A stretch of 64,000 bases of DNA from an uncultured Gemmatimonadales bacterium (GCA_963823035.1 CAWGKG010000018.1:96001-160000), one strand, 5' to 3'; positions 1-11,427 are shown, counted from the stretch's first letter. Numbers and translations: made by a program. The notes: generated by a model from the letters alone, not told the origin.

Positions 1-1726
1 GTGCCACGAAGTTGGGCACCACCCGATGGAAGGGCACGCCGTCGTAACGGCCGCCCTCCGCGAGGCGCGCGATCGTCTGGACGGTCTGCGGGGCCTCCTC
101 GGTCGCGAGGCGCACGACCACCCTGCCCTTCTCCGTCTCCAGCACCAGGCGCGGCGCCGTGCCGAGCTCGGCGAGGTACGCCCAGTCGAGCTCTCCGGGA
201 TCGGGCTCCGGGCCCGCCGGGGGCGTGCGGTCCGCGCCCGCCGGCGGCAAGGCCTCGCGGGTGAGCGTCGACAGCACGCCGCGGATCGCCCTCGCGACCT
301 CGGCGTCCGGCGGCCCCGCCGTTCCTTCGAGGGCGGCCCTGAGCGTGTCCACGCTCCCCAGCTCCAGGAAGGTGGAGTCTCCGAGAGCTGCCGCGGCCGT
401 AGCCATCTTGCGGACGTCGCCACTGCGGAGCGCCGCGCTGAAGATCCCGAAGTAGAACGGCGGTGCCCCCTCGTTCTGCTCCTCGGCCGGCCAACGCCGC
501 GCCAAGGCCTCCAGCGCCACGCCACCCAACTTCGGGGGCGCCGACGCGGCGGCGCGGGCGAGTCGCAGGCGCGCTTCCTCCCCGGGAAGGAAGGCGAGGG
601 CGCGCAGCCCGATCTCGTGCCGCTGCAGGTCGTCGGCACCGAGTCCGTCGATCCATCCCAGGAGGTAGTCGCGCTCGCCGGCCCGGGCCAGGAGCGCCAG
701 GAGGGGCTCGACCACCTGCCAGCGCTCGGCATGCGCGTCGATCCAGGCCTCCAGGCGCCGTGCTTCGGCCGCGGGCGTCCGGGCCCTCGCGAGCGCCTGG
801 GCCGCGCTGACGGCCACCAGCCCGAAGGTGTCGTCCAACCCCTCGAGGAGCGTGGCGCGGGCGTCGGCGTCGAGCTCCTCGGCGCCGAGGGCGGTCATCG
901 CGTTCGCCCGGATGCGCCAGTCCGTCGCCGTGGACGCCCACTCGGCCAGGCGCTCCCGGTCGAAGGGGTCGTGCAGGCGCCCCAGCGCCTGCACCAGGTA
1001 CATCGCGGCCGGGTCGTCCTTCCCGTAGCCGTCCAGCGCCTGGCGAATACGCTTCACGCGCTCGGCCCAGCTCTCCGTGGAGGGAACGCGGCCGAAATAG
1101 TAGGCGGCGGCGGCGCGCACCCGCGGATCCAGGTCGTCCAGCCGATCGAGGAGCGCGGCCAGCGCCTCCGGTGTGGAGATCGTACGCACCGCCCCCAACA
1201 CGGCGATCGCCAACGTGCGGTCCGCCTCCATCTCCTCGGGGACCTGCAGCCCGACCAGCGCCGCGGCGGACTGCGGGATCGGGATCTTGCCGAGCGCCTC
1301 CAGGATCTGCCGTCGCTCCGCGACGTCGTCGTCCGCCGCGAAATGCGCCGCAAGGCCCGTGACCGCCGGGGGAGCGCCCAGCTGCCCCAGCGCGAAGGCC
1401 GCGTCACGGCGCACCGCGGCCGACGTGTCGGAGAGTGCGGCGTAGAGCACGCCGGCCGCCTGCGGCGACTGCACGGAGCCGAGCGCGAAGGCCGCCCGCG
1501 CCCGGACGGCCGCGCGCGGATCCGCGAGGTAGCCCATGAGCGGCAGGGTCGCGCGTTCCACCTGCGCCTCGACCACCGCCTGGAGGGCCGTGTCGCTCAG
1601 CAGCCCGTCGGAGGGCCGGTGCTGCGGCTCCCGCGTCGGGATCGTGGAGTCGCGCCCACCGCAGCCCCACGCGGCGAGCGTGAGGGCCGTCAGGAAGCCC
1701 GCGAGCCCTGTGCGCCCGCCGCTCAT
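1..1726 (-). CDS. HEAT-repeat lipoprotein fused to cyclophilin-type peptidyl-prolyl isomerase (3' end runs off the window)
   Basis: Manual translation: lipobox-like LAAWGC, HEAT repeats (VRARAAFALG, VRRDAAFALG, VRAAAAYYFG), cyclophilin motif YDGVPFHRVVPNFVA at the window edge. ATG overlaps the upstream stop (ATGA). Confidence 0.85.
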   Translation of the reverse strand, partial: MSGGRTGLAGFLTALTLAAWGCGGRDSTIPTREPQHRPSDGLLSDTALQAVVEAQVERATLPLMGYLADPRAAVRARAAFALGSVQSPQAAGVLYAALSDTSAAVRRDAAFALGQLGAPPAVTGLAAHFAADDDVAERRQILEALGKIPIPQSAAALVGLQVPEEMEADRTLAIAVLGAVRTISTPEALAALLDRLDDLDPRVRAAAAYYFGRVPSTESWAERVKRIRQALDGYGKDDPAAMYLVQALGRLHDPFDRERLAEWASTATDWRIRANAMTALGAEELDADARATLLEGLDDTFGLVAVSAAQALARARTPAAEARRLEAWIDAHAERWQVVEPLLALLARAGERDYLLGWIDGLGADDLQRHEIGLRALAFLPGEEARLRLARAAASAPPKLGGVALEALARRWPAEEQNEGAPPFYFGIFSAALRSGDVRKMATAAAALGDSTFLELGSVDTLRAALEGTAGPPDAEVARAIRGVLSTLTREALPPAGADRTPPAGPEPDPGELDWAYLAELGTAPRLVLETEKGRVVVRLATEEAPQTVQTIARLAEGGRYDGVPFHRVVPNFVA

Positions 1727-4290
1727 CGGGGCTGCCATCCGTGCACGATCTCCGCGGCGCGCGAGAGCATGTCGGCCGACTGGAGCACCTTGGCCCTGAG
1801 CCGCGGAGGCAGGTCGGGACGCGCGTCGAGGAACGCGCGCACGGTATCGGCGGCCTCGGCCTCGCTATGACCTCCGAGGGTGGCGTCGAGCCAGCGCCCC
1901 GGGAAGAAGATGTCCCCGGTCCGCTGGATCTCCTCGATCATGTCGAGCGCCGGCCGGATCGTGGGGAGCGCGCTCTCGGAGCGGAGCGGGTGGTGCAGGT
2001 TGTCCAGCCCGGCCAGCACCCAAGGCTCGCGCTCCCGGTTCGCCGGATCGGCCAGGGACGCGAAGAACGCCCTCCGTACCTCCGGGTCCGCATCGAGCGA
2101 GGGGCGAACGAAGTGGAAGCGCGCGCGCCGGTCGGGGTTCTCGATGCTTCCTTCCTGCTTGTCGAGGATGTCCTTCCACCCATCGACGCCCCGCAGCGCC
2201 AACTCGGTCGCCACCGACGTCCGGTCGTTCTCGGAGAGCGGGAGGCCGGGGAGGGATTCCCGACCCTCCCACAGGCGACGGAGCCGCGCCACGCCGGCGT
2301 CGGTGATCGCGACGCGCCGGTACGTCCCGAAGAACGCCGCCCGCGCCGTGGCGGGGAGCGCGCCGGTCACACCGGCCCAGATCGCGGATTCCACCTCCGG
2401 GGCGCGCCGCGCCCGCTCCTCGGCGGGGAGGAGGCGCCAGAAGGTCGTGGCCGTGTAGCCGAGGATCCGGCTCAGGTTCAGCTCGACGTCCTCCTCGGGC
2501 AGCGCCCGCAGCGCGACGTCGAGGAAGGCCCCCGGCTCCAACCGCTGCTCGAGCACCTGGTCCCAGAGCGTCACCCAGGCGGTGCCGCGCGCCAACCCGG
2601 GCGCGAGGTCCGGGAGATGCTCCGCCACCCACGCCCGGCTCGTCGGATCGAGGAGGAACAGGCCGTACTCCACGCCCGACCCGTTGGGCATCACGTAGTC
2701 CAGAGCGCCGTCGTCCGCGCCGGGGATCCGCGCCTCGTCGGCGCCGAGCTCCACGGTGACCACGGTGTCTCCGCTCGCCCGCCCCAGGCGCACGTGCAGG
2801 GTCTGCGGCCACACACGCCCCTCGCTCGCGGGATCCTGCTGGCGGAGCACGACGTCACCGTCCTCGCGCGAGACCGCCACGGTGGGCCGGCCCGGCTCCT
2901 CGACCCAGACGCGACTCCAGGCGGCGAGGTCCTCGGGCGTGCGGCGGTCGAGCACCTCGATCAGGTCCGGCCAGGTCGCGTTGCCGTACTCGTGCGCGCC
3001 CAGGTATTCCCGCAGGCCGTCGCGGAACGTCTCCTCGCCGACCCGCGCCTCGAGCTGGCGCATCACGATCGGCGCCTTCTGGTAGATGATCGAGCCATAG
3101 AGGGTGCCGGCCTCGCGCAGGTTCTCGAGCGGCTGGCGGATGGGGTTGGCGCCCGCGGTGCGATCCACGCCGTACGCCGCGGGGTGGTTCGACATGAGGA
3201 AGCGCAGGTCGTGATCCACCTCGGGGAAGGAAGGGTTCACGATCTTGCCGGCCATGAAGTTCGCGAACACCTCCTTCATCCACACGTCGTCGAACCAGTT
3301 CATGGTGACCAGGTCGCCGAACCACATGTGGGAGGTCTCGTGCGAGATCACGCTCGCGCGTCCCAGGATCTGCCCCTGCGTGGCCGACTCGTCCAGCATG
3401 AGCCCGCTGGCGTTGTAGAAGATCGCGCCGGGATGCTCCATCCCCCCGTACTGGAAGGAGGGGATCAGGACGAACTCGAACTTCTGGAAGGGATAGGGGA
3501 TGCCCGTGTACGCCTCGAGCCAGTCGAGCGCCTTCGCGTGCAGCTCGAAGATGGCGTCGCGGTTGCGCGCCACCTTCGCCGTATCGGTCTCGCGATGGAA
3601 CATGCGCATGGCGCGGCCGCCCACCACGGCCTCCTCCGTGCTGAACCTCCCGGCCGCGAAGGCGAAGAGGTACGTGGGGATCGGCTTCGTCTCCAGGAAG
3701 CCGAGCTGCTTCCGCTCCGGGGTCCCGGACTCCTCGGCCAGGGGACCGTTCGCCACGGCGCGCCAGGAACCCGGCACCTTCAGCGTCCACCGGACCGGGG
3801 CCTTGAGGTTCGGCTGGTCGAACACCGGGAGGCTGAAGTGCGCCCGGTCCGGCACGAAGAGCGCGTAGAGGAAGTCGTCGCTCCGGTTGAGCGACTCGTC
3901 GCCCGCCGTGTAGTCGAGGGCGACCCGGTTCACGCCCTTCTTCAGGGAGGAGGCCGGCAGCACCACGTGGTCGTTCACGGGCCGCCAGGCCACGGAGTCG
4001 CCGTTCACCAGCACGCCGTGCACCCGCTCGCCCGGGTCCTTGAAGTCCATCACGACGTCGAAGCCGTCCGGATCGTCCCAGCCGAAGGTCACCACCGTAC
4101 GCCCCTCGATGGGCCGGGCGCGCTCCTCGGGGACCGTCAGCTCGATCTCGTACCGCGGCTGCAGGATCGTGCGCGCACGGTGCTGGGCGAGCTCCCACGG
4201 GATGCCCTCGTCCGTCGGCGGCGGCGTGGGAGGCTCGCAGGCGGAGAGGAGGAGGGCGCCGAAGGCGACCATGAGCACGTCACGGGACAT
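1723..4290 (-). CDS. M1 family aminopeptidase (lipoprotein)
   Basis: GGMEH and HETSH...E (HEXXH-X18-E) motifs, YQKA motif, LLSAC lipobox. Start set at MSRDVLM. Confidence 0.92.
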   Translation of the reverse strand: MSRDVLMVAFGALLLSACEPPTPPPTDEGIPWELAQHRARTILQPRYEIELTVPEERARPIEGRTVVTFGWDDPDGFDVVMDFKDPGERVHGVLVNGDSVAWRPVNDHVVLPASSLKKGVNRVALDYTAGDESLNRSDDFLYALFVPDRAHFSLPVFDQPNLKAPVRWTLKVPGSWRAVANGPLAEESGTPERKQLGFLETKPIPTYLFAFAAGRFSTEEAVVGGRAMRMFHRETDTAKVARNRDAIFELHAKALDWLEAYTGIPYPFQKFEFVLIPSFQYGGMEHPGAIFYNASGLMLDESATQGQILGRASVISHETSHMWFGDLVTMNWFDDVWMKEVFANFMAGKIVNPSFPEVDHDLRFLMSNHPAAYGVDRTAGANPIRQPLENLREAGTLYGSIIYQKAPIVMRQLEARVGEETFRDGLREYLGAHEYGNATWPDLIEVLDRRTPEDLAAWSRVWVEEPGRPTVAVSREDGDVVLRQQDPASEGRVWPQTLHVRLGRASGDTVVTVELGADEARIPGADDGALDYVMPNGSGVEYGLFLLDPTSRAWVAEHLPDLAPGLARGTAWVTLWDQVLEQRLEPGAFLDVALRALPEEDVELNLSRILGYTATTFWRLLPAEERARRAPEVESAIWAGVTGALPATARAAFFGTYRRVAITDAGVARLRRLWEGRESLPGLPLSENDRTSVATELALRGVDGWKDILDKQEGSIENPDRRARFHFVRPSLDADPEVRRAFFASLADPANREREPWVLAGLDNLHHPLRSESALPTIRPALDMIEEIQRTGDIFFPGRWLDATLGGHSEAEAADTVRAFLDARPDLPPRLRAKVLQSADMLSRAAEIVHGWQPR

Positions 4291-4360
4291 GAGCGGATCC
4301 CTGCCGGGGACGATGCGGGCCCGCCAAGGGGGCGGCCCGGGCCCCGCTATTGTGGAGCGC

Positions 4361-6602
4361 TCAGAGGATGCCGTCCAGATACAGCTCGAGGCGGAAGTCG
4401 CGCGGATCGCGCAGACCCCATGCCGCGTCCATGCGGATGAGCCCGTCCACGATGGACAGGCCGACCCCTGCCGAGACGAGCGCGTCGTCCATCCGGATGC
4501 GGCTGCGCTCGCCCGCCCACGCCGCGTCGGTGAAGAGCGAGACCGCCCCGAAGGAGAAGAGGCGCGCCAGCTCGGCCCGGCCGCGTCCGAAGGTGGGGCC
4601 GACGCGGGCGCGCGGTCCGTACCCACGCAACGTGGCCGCGCCGCCCATCACCCAGAGACGCTGCGGCGGAGGATCCCCCCAGCTCGTTCCCGCCCCCGCC
4701 GCGAGCCCGACCCGGTAGCGTTCGGTCAGGGGGAGCGCGGTGCGCGCCACGAGCGATGCCCGCGCATAGCTCCAGTCCCCCCCGGCGCCGCGCACCTCGA
4801 GCTCCAGACCCGCCTGCGGAGAACGGGGGTCCGTTCCCCACCAGGGGGCCAACGTCGCCACACCACCGAGCTCCCACCCCTCCGCGGCCGTGATGTTGTC
4901 ACGGAAGTCCCAGCTCGAGCTGCCGAGGTGCGCGAGCGTGAAGTCGGTATGGGTCCGCGCGGCCTGGTGGTACTCGGCGTAGGCGCGTACCCGCCAGGAG
5001 CGCCGGTCCGCGGCCGGGGGCGTCCACTCGAGGGACGTCCCGCTCCGTCGGTAGTAGTCGCCGTCGTCGCGTCCGAAGAGGAGCGCGGTCACGGAGTTGC
5101 CCGGACCGAGGTGGCGGGCGTCCTCGTCCACCGCCGCCAGCTCGTGGTAGACGCTCCACGTCGCGCGTCGGCGCAGCGTCTCGTGCGTCGCGTCCACGCG
5201 CACGTCCGGGTTCAGGTCGGCCACGCCGAGTCGAGCCGTGGCGGTGACCGACACCGGCCCGAACGGCGTATCGGGGCGGAGTTGCCCCCGCACACCCAGC
5301 GACAGCCCCTCCACCCGGTTGTACCGCACCAGGTCAGGGCGCTGGAGCCCCCACCGCAGGGTCGCCGGCATCCGCTGGGCCGGAGGCGCCGGGAGGTCGG
5401 CCAGACCGCCGAAGAGGTCACGCAGCTCGTCCTCGGACGTGAAGCCCGGCGCCGACTTGCCGATCGGAGGCGGAAGATCCGGGCTGTCCCGCAGGTACGC
5501 CGGATCCTCGGGCACGAGGTAGCGCACGCGCTTCTCGTCGCCCCGGGGTCCGCGCATGGACCGGCGGGAAGAGAGCCTGTAGGGGACGTCGCCGACGGTC
5601 TCGTGGGCCAAAGCCTCCATCGCTTCGGCGCGCGTCCGGTAGCGGCGCTCGGCCACGGGGTCCGCAGCCTTCGCCTCCCGCTGGAGGTCGCCCTCCGTGA
5701 CCACCGACTCGAAGTCGTACGTCAGCTCGATGGTGGCCGGCGCCTTCAGGATCCCGGCCGTCGCCACCCCCTCGGCATGAAGGCTCCGTGGCAGCCACAC
5801 CTTCGACTCCCAGAGGGAATAGTCCACCGCGATCATCTGGATCTCGGCCGTCCACGGCTTGAACATCCCCGGGACGTGCTTGAGGTCGTCGTCCTCCTCT
5901 TCCCGGAGGTCGGGCACGTCGCGAAAGGCGTCGAAGACATCGGACAGCCGGTAGACCGCGCGCACGAGCGCCCCGCTCTCCGGCTCGATCCAGAGCGACC
6001 CCGTGATGCGGTGCACGTCGGCTTCGGTCGGCATCACCTGCAGCTCCACCGCGCGCACGGTGTGCCCGTCGGGGAGGGAGAGCACGAGTGTGTCGCCCAC
6101 CGAGAACGTGTACGCGTCGCGCCAGGCGGGGTCGAGCGGGTGCGCGATCCAGAAGTCGTCCTCGTCCTGCTCTGTAGACCTCGTCGTCCGGGGGCACCAT
6201 GCCGAACATGAGCGCGTCGTTGGACGGATCGAAATTGTCGTCGAACACCCCCAGGTGCAGCTCCCCCTTCGCGACGCCGACCGGCGTCTGCTCCCTGAGC
6301 GCCAGCACCTGGACGAGAACGTCGCCGTCGCGGCGCCAGAAGACGCGGTGCGCGGACTCGCTGCGATAGAGCGTGCGGTCCTTGAGCGGCATGCGGAGTC
6401 CCACGCCGGTGCGCTGCCGCACCACCGCCGTGTAGGACGCCAACTCGGTGTCCATGCGGTCCCGTGCGGCCACCGCGGCCTCGTACAGGCGCCGGGCCAC
6501 CTCGTCACCGAAGGGCCCGGCACCGGTCTGCAGGGCGGCCGTCGCCCGCGAGGGCGTGACGCCCGCCGTCAGGAGGGCCGCGACAAGGAGCGCGACACGC
6601 AT
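4361..6602 (-). CDS. Outer-membrane beta-barrel protein (surface-antigen-like C-terminus), one frameshift near 6,175
   Basis: Signal peptide MRVALLVAALL lies in one frame and the sequence continues in ORF 4361..6523. Amphipathic beta strands, RGY motif, C-terminal FRLELYLDGIL. Confidence 0.65.
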
Positions 6603-7858
6603 CACCGCCTCCGGAATAGGACCTCCCGGAAGTCTCGCCAAGGCACGAGGACGGTCTCCCCGTCCTCCGGGGTCACGAAGATCCCCTTGTTGTCCTCGTC
6701 GACGTCGTTCGAGCCTTCCAGCTCGAAGGTCCGGCCGTCCAGCAGCGTGACCTCCGAGCCCCACGAGCCGTCGCGCCGGATCGAGGCCACCTCTCCCAGC
6801 TCGATGTCGAACGTCACGTCCTCCGCTTCGCCGTCGAGGATCTCCCAGGTGTACGCCTCGTCGTTGTCCCACCGGATCGTCCCGGTGTAGCGCTCCCCGT
6901 CCTCGGTCTCGACGGTCCCGTACAAGGCCGCGCCGCCGTCGAAGCTCCCGTAGCCACCGGCGTCGCTCGCCGGCGGATCCTCGAAGGTGAGCACGTCGAA
7001 GGCGTCCCAATCCACGCTCACCTCCCCCAGCGCGGGGTCGGCGATCGTGATGCCGCGGTTGCTCGAGTCGACGTCGTTGCTTCCGCGCAGCTCGATCTCC
7101 TCGCCGTTCTCGAGGACGACGCGCGCGCCGGACGAGCCGTCCCGCTCGATGGCGGCGATCCTGTCGAAGGGGATCTTCCGGTCGCGGCCGTGCTCTTCAC
7201 CGTCCAGCACGTCCGAGCCGAGGATCTCGTCCACGTCCCACGCGACGTAGCCGGTGAACTCCAAACCCCTGCGCGTGCGCAACGTGCCGTAGAGTCGTTG
7301 CGAGGAGGGCTCGGCCATGCCGGCCGGCGCGGGCTCGAAGTCGATCACGTCGAGATCCCGCCAGCGCAGCTCGACCTCGCCCCGCTCCGGATCCTCCACC
7401 ACCACCCCCCGCACGCCGTCCCCGAGGTCCGTCGATCCACCCTCCAGCTCCACCTCGTCGCCCGACTTGAGCGTGAGCAGGGCGCGCTCGTCACCCATCA
7501 CCGCGATCGAACGCAGGTGACCGAATCGGATCCCCGACGACGCCGAAGACGGGTAGTCGTCCTCGTCCTCGTCCCACGAGATCCGCACGCCGAGGACGCG
7601 GACGCTGTGCTCACGGTCGCGCCGGTCCCGCCGGTCACCCAGGCGCTCGGCCTGACGCACGTTCTCCCAGGGGATCTCCTTGCTGCCGTTCAGGATGTCC
7701 GACCAGCTGCCCTCGTTCTTGTCCCATCGGATGTAGCCCTCGTACACCTCGCCCCCCGCCGTCACCACCCGGCCGTACAGCCGGTCCGGACCCGACTGCT
7801 CCTGTGTCCCGGACCCGAGTGTGAGCAGCGCGACGGCCACCATCGCCATCGAGCCCAT
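6602..7858 (-). CDS. Secreted hypothetical protein with three internal repeats
   Basis: Signal peptide and three repeats of about LYGxxxTxxGxxYxGxIxWDxxExxxxxILxG. Confidence 0.75.
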   Translation of the reverse strand: MGSMAMVAVALLTLGSGTQEQSGPDRLYGRVVTAGGEVYEGYIRWDKNEGSWSDILNGSKEIPWENVRQAERLGDRRDRRDREHSVRVLGVRISWDEDEDDYPSSASSGIRFGHLRSIAVMGDERALLTLKSGDEVELEGGSTDLGDGVRGVVVEDPERGEVELRWRDLDVIDFEPAPAGMAEPSSQRLYGTLRTRRGLEFTGYVAWDVDEILGSDVLDGEEHGRDRKIPFDRIAAIERDGSSGARVVLENGEEIELRGSNDVDSSNRGITIADPALGEVSVDWDAFDVLTFEDPPASDAGGYGSFDGGAALYGTVETEDGERYTGTIRWDNDEAYTWEILDGEAEDVTFDIELGEVASIRRDGSWGSEVTLLDGRTFELEGSNDVDEDNKGIFVTPEDGETVLVPWRDFREVLFRRR

Positions 7859-7980
7859 CTTGCCCCTCCCGTGCGGATTCCATGGTCATCCTCGCCCCCC
7901 TACGGCACGGCGCCGGAACGCGTTTCAGGCGCGCCACGCGATCGTCCGCCGCGGCCATCCTGCCGACACCGACGCTCCCG

Positions 7981-7997
7981 TGCGAGCCTCGTGCCAA
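7981..7997 (-). promoter_or_regulatory. Putative sigma-54 (-24/-12) promoter
   Basis: Minus strand TTGGCACGAGGCTCGCA fits TGGCAC-N5-TTGC spacing. Upstream lie an AT-rich IHF-like patch (8,005-8,050) and an inverted repeat (8,090-8,114). Confidence 0.55.
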
Positions 7998-8200
7998 ACC
8001 GGTTCAACATCAGTAACACGTTGTTATACAACTTGTTAGATACGATGATCTCAAGTGCCTTGGAACTCGTAGCGCCGTGGCGGAACGACGCGACACGGCG
8101 AGCCGCCGTGTCGCATGGCCACGCAGCCGCTACCTTGCGAGCCGCCCGACGCTCCTACCTGCCCCGACCGCACGATGACCCTCCCCGACCCCGCAGGACC

Positions 8201-9226
8201 GTGACCGCGTCGCTCCATCCCCGCGTCTTCCACCCCGCCGGCTGGGCGAAGGGGCCGCACGCCCAGACGCTGTTCGCGCGCGTCCTCCGGGCGGGGGACG
8301 ACCCCGGCATGAAGCGGGAGCGCTGGGAGACCCCCGATGGGGACTTCCTCGACGTCGACCTGGGACCGCTCCCCGCACCCGGCGCCCCCGCCGTGCTGGT
8401 CGTGCACGGGCTGGAGGGGTCCGCGCGCCGGCGCTACGTCCTCGGGACCTGCCGCGAGCTCCTCGCACGCGGCGTGCGCCCCGTCGCGATCAACCTCCGC
8501 GGCTGCAGCGGGGTCCCGAACCGCCTTCCCCGCTTCTACCACTCCGGCGAGACGGGCGACCTGAGGTTCGTCCTCGAGCGGATGCGCGCGACGCACCCCG
8601 GGGCTCCGCTCGGTGTCTTCGGCTTTTCTCTCGGAGGCAACGCCGTCCTCAAGATGCTGGGCGAGCGGAGGGACGGCGGCGTCACGCTGGTGGACGCGGC
8701 GGTGGCGATGTCCGTGCCCTTCGACCTGGCGGCCGGAGCCGCACAGCTGGAGCGGAGCCGGATGGGCCATCTCTACGCGGCGTACTTCCTCCGCTCCCTG
8801 CGCAGGAAGGTGCGCGGCAAGGCCTCCCTCCTCCGTCCGCTGGTCGATGTCGGGCGCGCCCTGCGCGCCCGCACCATCCGCGAGTTCGACGACGCCGTCA
8901 CGGCGCCCTTGCACGGCTTCCGCGACGCGGGCGCGTACTACACGGCGTCCAGCAGCACGCGGTTCATCGGGGGAATCCGCGTGCCCACGCTCGTGCTGCA
9001 CAGCCTCGACGACCCCTTCCTCCCTCCCGAGGCGGTGCCCCGTTCGGCCCTCGAGGCCAACCCCTCGGTCGTGCCGATCCTCCCGCCGAGCGGTGGCCAC
9101 GTCGGCTTCCTGGAGGGCGCGCCGTGGCGCCCGCGGCTCTGGGGAGACGAAGAGGGCGCGCGCTTCCTCGCGGAGGGCCTGGGGGCCGCGCCGGGCCTTC
9201 CCGGCGTCCCGGAGCACACTCCCTAG
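8201..9226 (+). CDS. YheT-like alpha/beta hydrolase
   Basis: HAQT, HGLEGS, NLRGCSG, GFSLGG, DDPF and GGHVGF motifs. GTG start after AGGA. Confidence 0.88.
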   Translation: MTASLHPRVFHPAGWAKGPHAQTLFARVLRAGDDPGMKRERWETPDGDFLDVDLGPLPAPGAPAVLVVHGLEGSARRRYVLGTCRELLARGVRPVAINLRGCSGVPNRLPRFYHSGETGDLRFVLERMRATHPGAPLGVFGFSLGGNAVLKMLGERRDGGVTLVDAAVAMSVPFDLAAGAAQLERSRMGHLYAAYFLRSLRRKVRGKASLLRPLVDVGRALRARTIREFDDAVTAPLHGFRDAGAYYTASSSTRFIGGIRVPTLVLHSLDDPFLPPEAVPRSALEANPSVVPILPPSGGHVGFLEGAPWRPRLWGDEEGARFLAEGLGAAPGLPGVPEHTP

Positions 9227-9255
9227 CTTCCGTAGGAGAACTACGGCGGCCCGCG

Positions 9256-9774
9256 CTACGCGGGCGGGCTCCCGGCCTGCTCGCGAAAGAAGGCCCGGCC
9301 GTGCCAGCTGTCGCGCGCAGGCCGCTCCAGACCGCCCTCACGTAGCGCGGAAAGGCGCGTCAGCGTCGTGTCGAAGACGGGCGTGGAGGCGTCGACCGCG
9401 CCGTTCCGTGCCAGGCCACGGAAGTCGGGCCGCGACACGACGCGGATGGCACCCCCGTCCCGGTACCAGACCGGTGCGTGCTCGACCAGCTTGACGCCCA
9501 GCTCCGCGCCGAGCGCCTCGAGGCGGTTCACGAGCGCGTCGATCGAGCAGCCGGACGGCTCCGACGCGTCCTCGTCGACGCCCACCACGAGGAACGTCCC
9601 CTCCTCCAGGAGCCGCCCCGAGCGGAGCGGAGCCCCGTGGGCGGCCCATCCGTCGAGGAAGGCGTCCACCTCGCGCAGGAGGCGTTCGGCCTCGCGGGCG
9701 TCGAGCGGACGGTCGGCTGGAAACACCCAGACCCGTCCATGGTCGGGGAGCGCGTCGAAGTCGATTCGTGGCAT
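9256..9774 (-). CDS. Conserved hypothetical protein
   Basis: RVWVF, WAAHG and SGCSID motifs typical of a conserved bacterial family of unknown function. Confidence 0.75.
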   Translation of the reverse strand: MPRIDFDALPDHGRVWVFPADRPLDAREAERLLREVDAFLDGWAAHGAPLRSGRLLEEGTFLVVGVDEDASEPSGCSIDALVNRLEALGAELGVKLVEHAPVWYRDGGAIRVVSRPDFRGLARNGAVDASTPVFDTTLTRLSALREGGLERPARDSWHGRAFFREQAGSPPA

Positions 9775-9811
9775 GCCGGAAGCCTGTCGAGTGAGCAGTC
9801 CGTCGTCGGAT

Positions 9812-10901
9812 TCAGACGCCGAGGTCTTCGTCCACCCCGGCGGGGCTGGCGGGCGCCCCCTGGGGCGGCGCCTTGTCCAGGAGTATGGCTACCCAGCGCA
9901 GGTCGTGCGTGTTCTCCAGCCAGATCTTCACCACCACGGTGAGCGGCACGGAGAGGAGTGCCCCGAGGGGTCCCCATGCCCATCCCCAGAAGAGCAGCGA
10001 GAGGATGACGACCAGGGTGGAGAGCCCGAGCCGCCGTCCCATGAGGTTCGGCTCGAGGATGTTGCCGAACAGCGTGTTCACGACCACGTAGCCGGCCGTG
10101 ACCACGAGGGCGTGCGCGAGCGTGCCGTGGAGGATGAGGCTGAGGAGCACCGCGGGTATCCCCGCGATGATCGAGCCCACCGTCGGCACGTAGTTCAGCA
10201 CGAAGGCGACCAGCCCGAGCAGGATCGGGAAGTCGAGGCCCATCACGGCGCACCACGCCCCGAGGATGAGGCCCGTGGCGAGCGAGACCACCGTCTTGAT
10301 GCCGAGATACGTCTGGACCTCCGTGACCACCTTCTCCAGGCGGCTCTCGTCGCCCAAGCCGTCGCCGAAGAGGTAGCGCACCTTGGCCGGGAACACGGTG
10401 GCCTCGCCCAGCATGAAGATCATGATGAGGAAGACCAGGAAGGTCGTGGACACGAACTGCGCGATCCTCCCTACCGCGCTCCCCGCGAAGTCCACGACAG
10501 CGGCCGGGTTGATCAGGTCCGTGGAGAGGTAGCCCCCCAGCGGGAGCCCGATGCGCGTCTCCAGCGCGTCGATCCACTGCTCCTGCAGGCTCTGCAGGCG
10601 CACGGCGTAGCGCGGGAGCCGCACCTGCAGCTCGGACATCGACTGGCTGGCCAGGAGGATGATGAGGCCCGAGGATGCCGACCACGACCAGCACGGTGAT
10701 CGCGATCGCGAGCGCCGCGGGTACGCGGCGCCGCTGCAGGAAGATCATCACCGGCAGGCTCAGCACCGCGAGAAAGACGGCCAGGGCCGCGGGAAGGAGG
10801 ATCGGCGCGGCGAACTTGATCCCGTAGACCACGACCACGAGACAGGCCAGGACAAAAAGGAGCTGGGCGCCTGGATTCTGTTCCGAGCGGTCGAAGATCA
10901 T
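9812..10901 (-). CDS. AI-2E family transporter (frameshift near 10,665)
   Basis: The N-terminal TM helices lie in ORF 9528..10901. The C-terminal NYVPTVG, GNILEP and [13 protein letters not shown] motifs lie in ORF 9812..10639. Confidence 0.85.
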
Positions 10902-11049
10902 CGAGTGGTCCGTGAGGCTGGCGGTGCGCCGCGGGATCGCGAAGGAGACCGCCGGCGCGGAGCGCGCCCGGGGAGCGCGCCAAAGAGTACCCCGGCGGGG
11001 CGTGATGTGCCATAGCCCCAGGCCCCTCGGGTTGCACTATGTTGGAGGG

Positions 11050-11427
11050 ATGACCTCCGCTCCCGAAGAAGACCTCCCACCGATCCCCATTCCGGACTCC
11101 GACGAGGAGCTCCTCGCACAGTGCCGCGTGGAGACCTTCCGCTCGGGCGGACCCGGAGGGCAGCACCAGAACACGACCGAGAGCGGGGTGCGGCTCGTCC
11201 ATCTTCCGTCGGGCGTACGCGCGGAGGCGCGCAACGAGCGCAGCCAGCACCGGAACCGCGCCCTCGCGCTCCAGCGGCTCCGCGAACGCCTGGAGCGGAG
11301 GAACCGGCGACGGAAGCCCCGGACGCCCACACGCGTGCCTCCCCGGGAGAAGCGAAAGAGGCTCGACGCGAAGCGACGCAAGGGCGAGATCAAGCGCCAC
11401 CGACGCCCGCCCGATCCCGAGGAATGA
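11050..11427 (+). CDS. arfB: ArfB/YaeJ-like stop-codon-independent peptidyl-tRNA hydrolase
   Basis: RSGGPGGQ catalytic motif, RSQHRNR and a basic C-terminal tail. GGAGG RBS. Confidence 0.75.
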   Translation: MTSAPEEDLPPIPIPDSDEELLAQCRVETFRSGGPGGQHQNTTESGVRLVHLPSGVRAEARNERSQHRNRALALQRLRERLERRNRRRKPRTPTRVPPREKRKRLDAKRRKGEIKRHRRPPDPEE

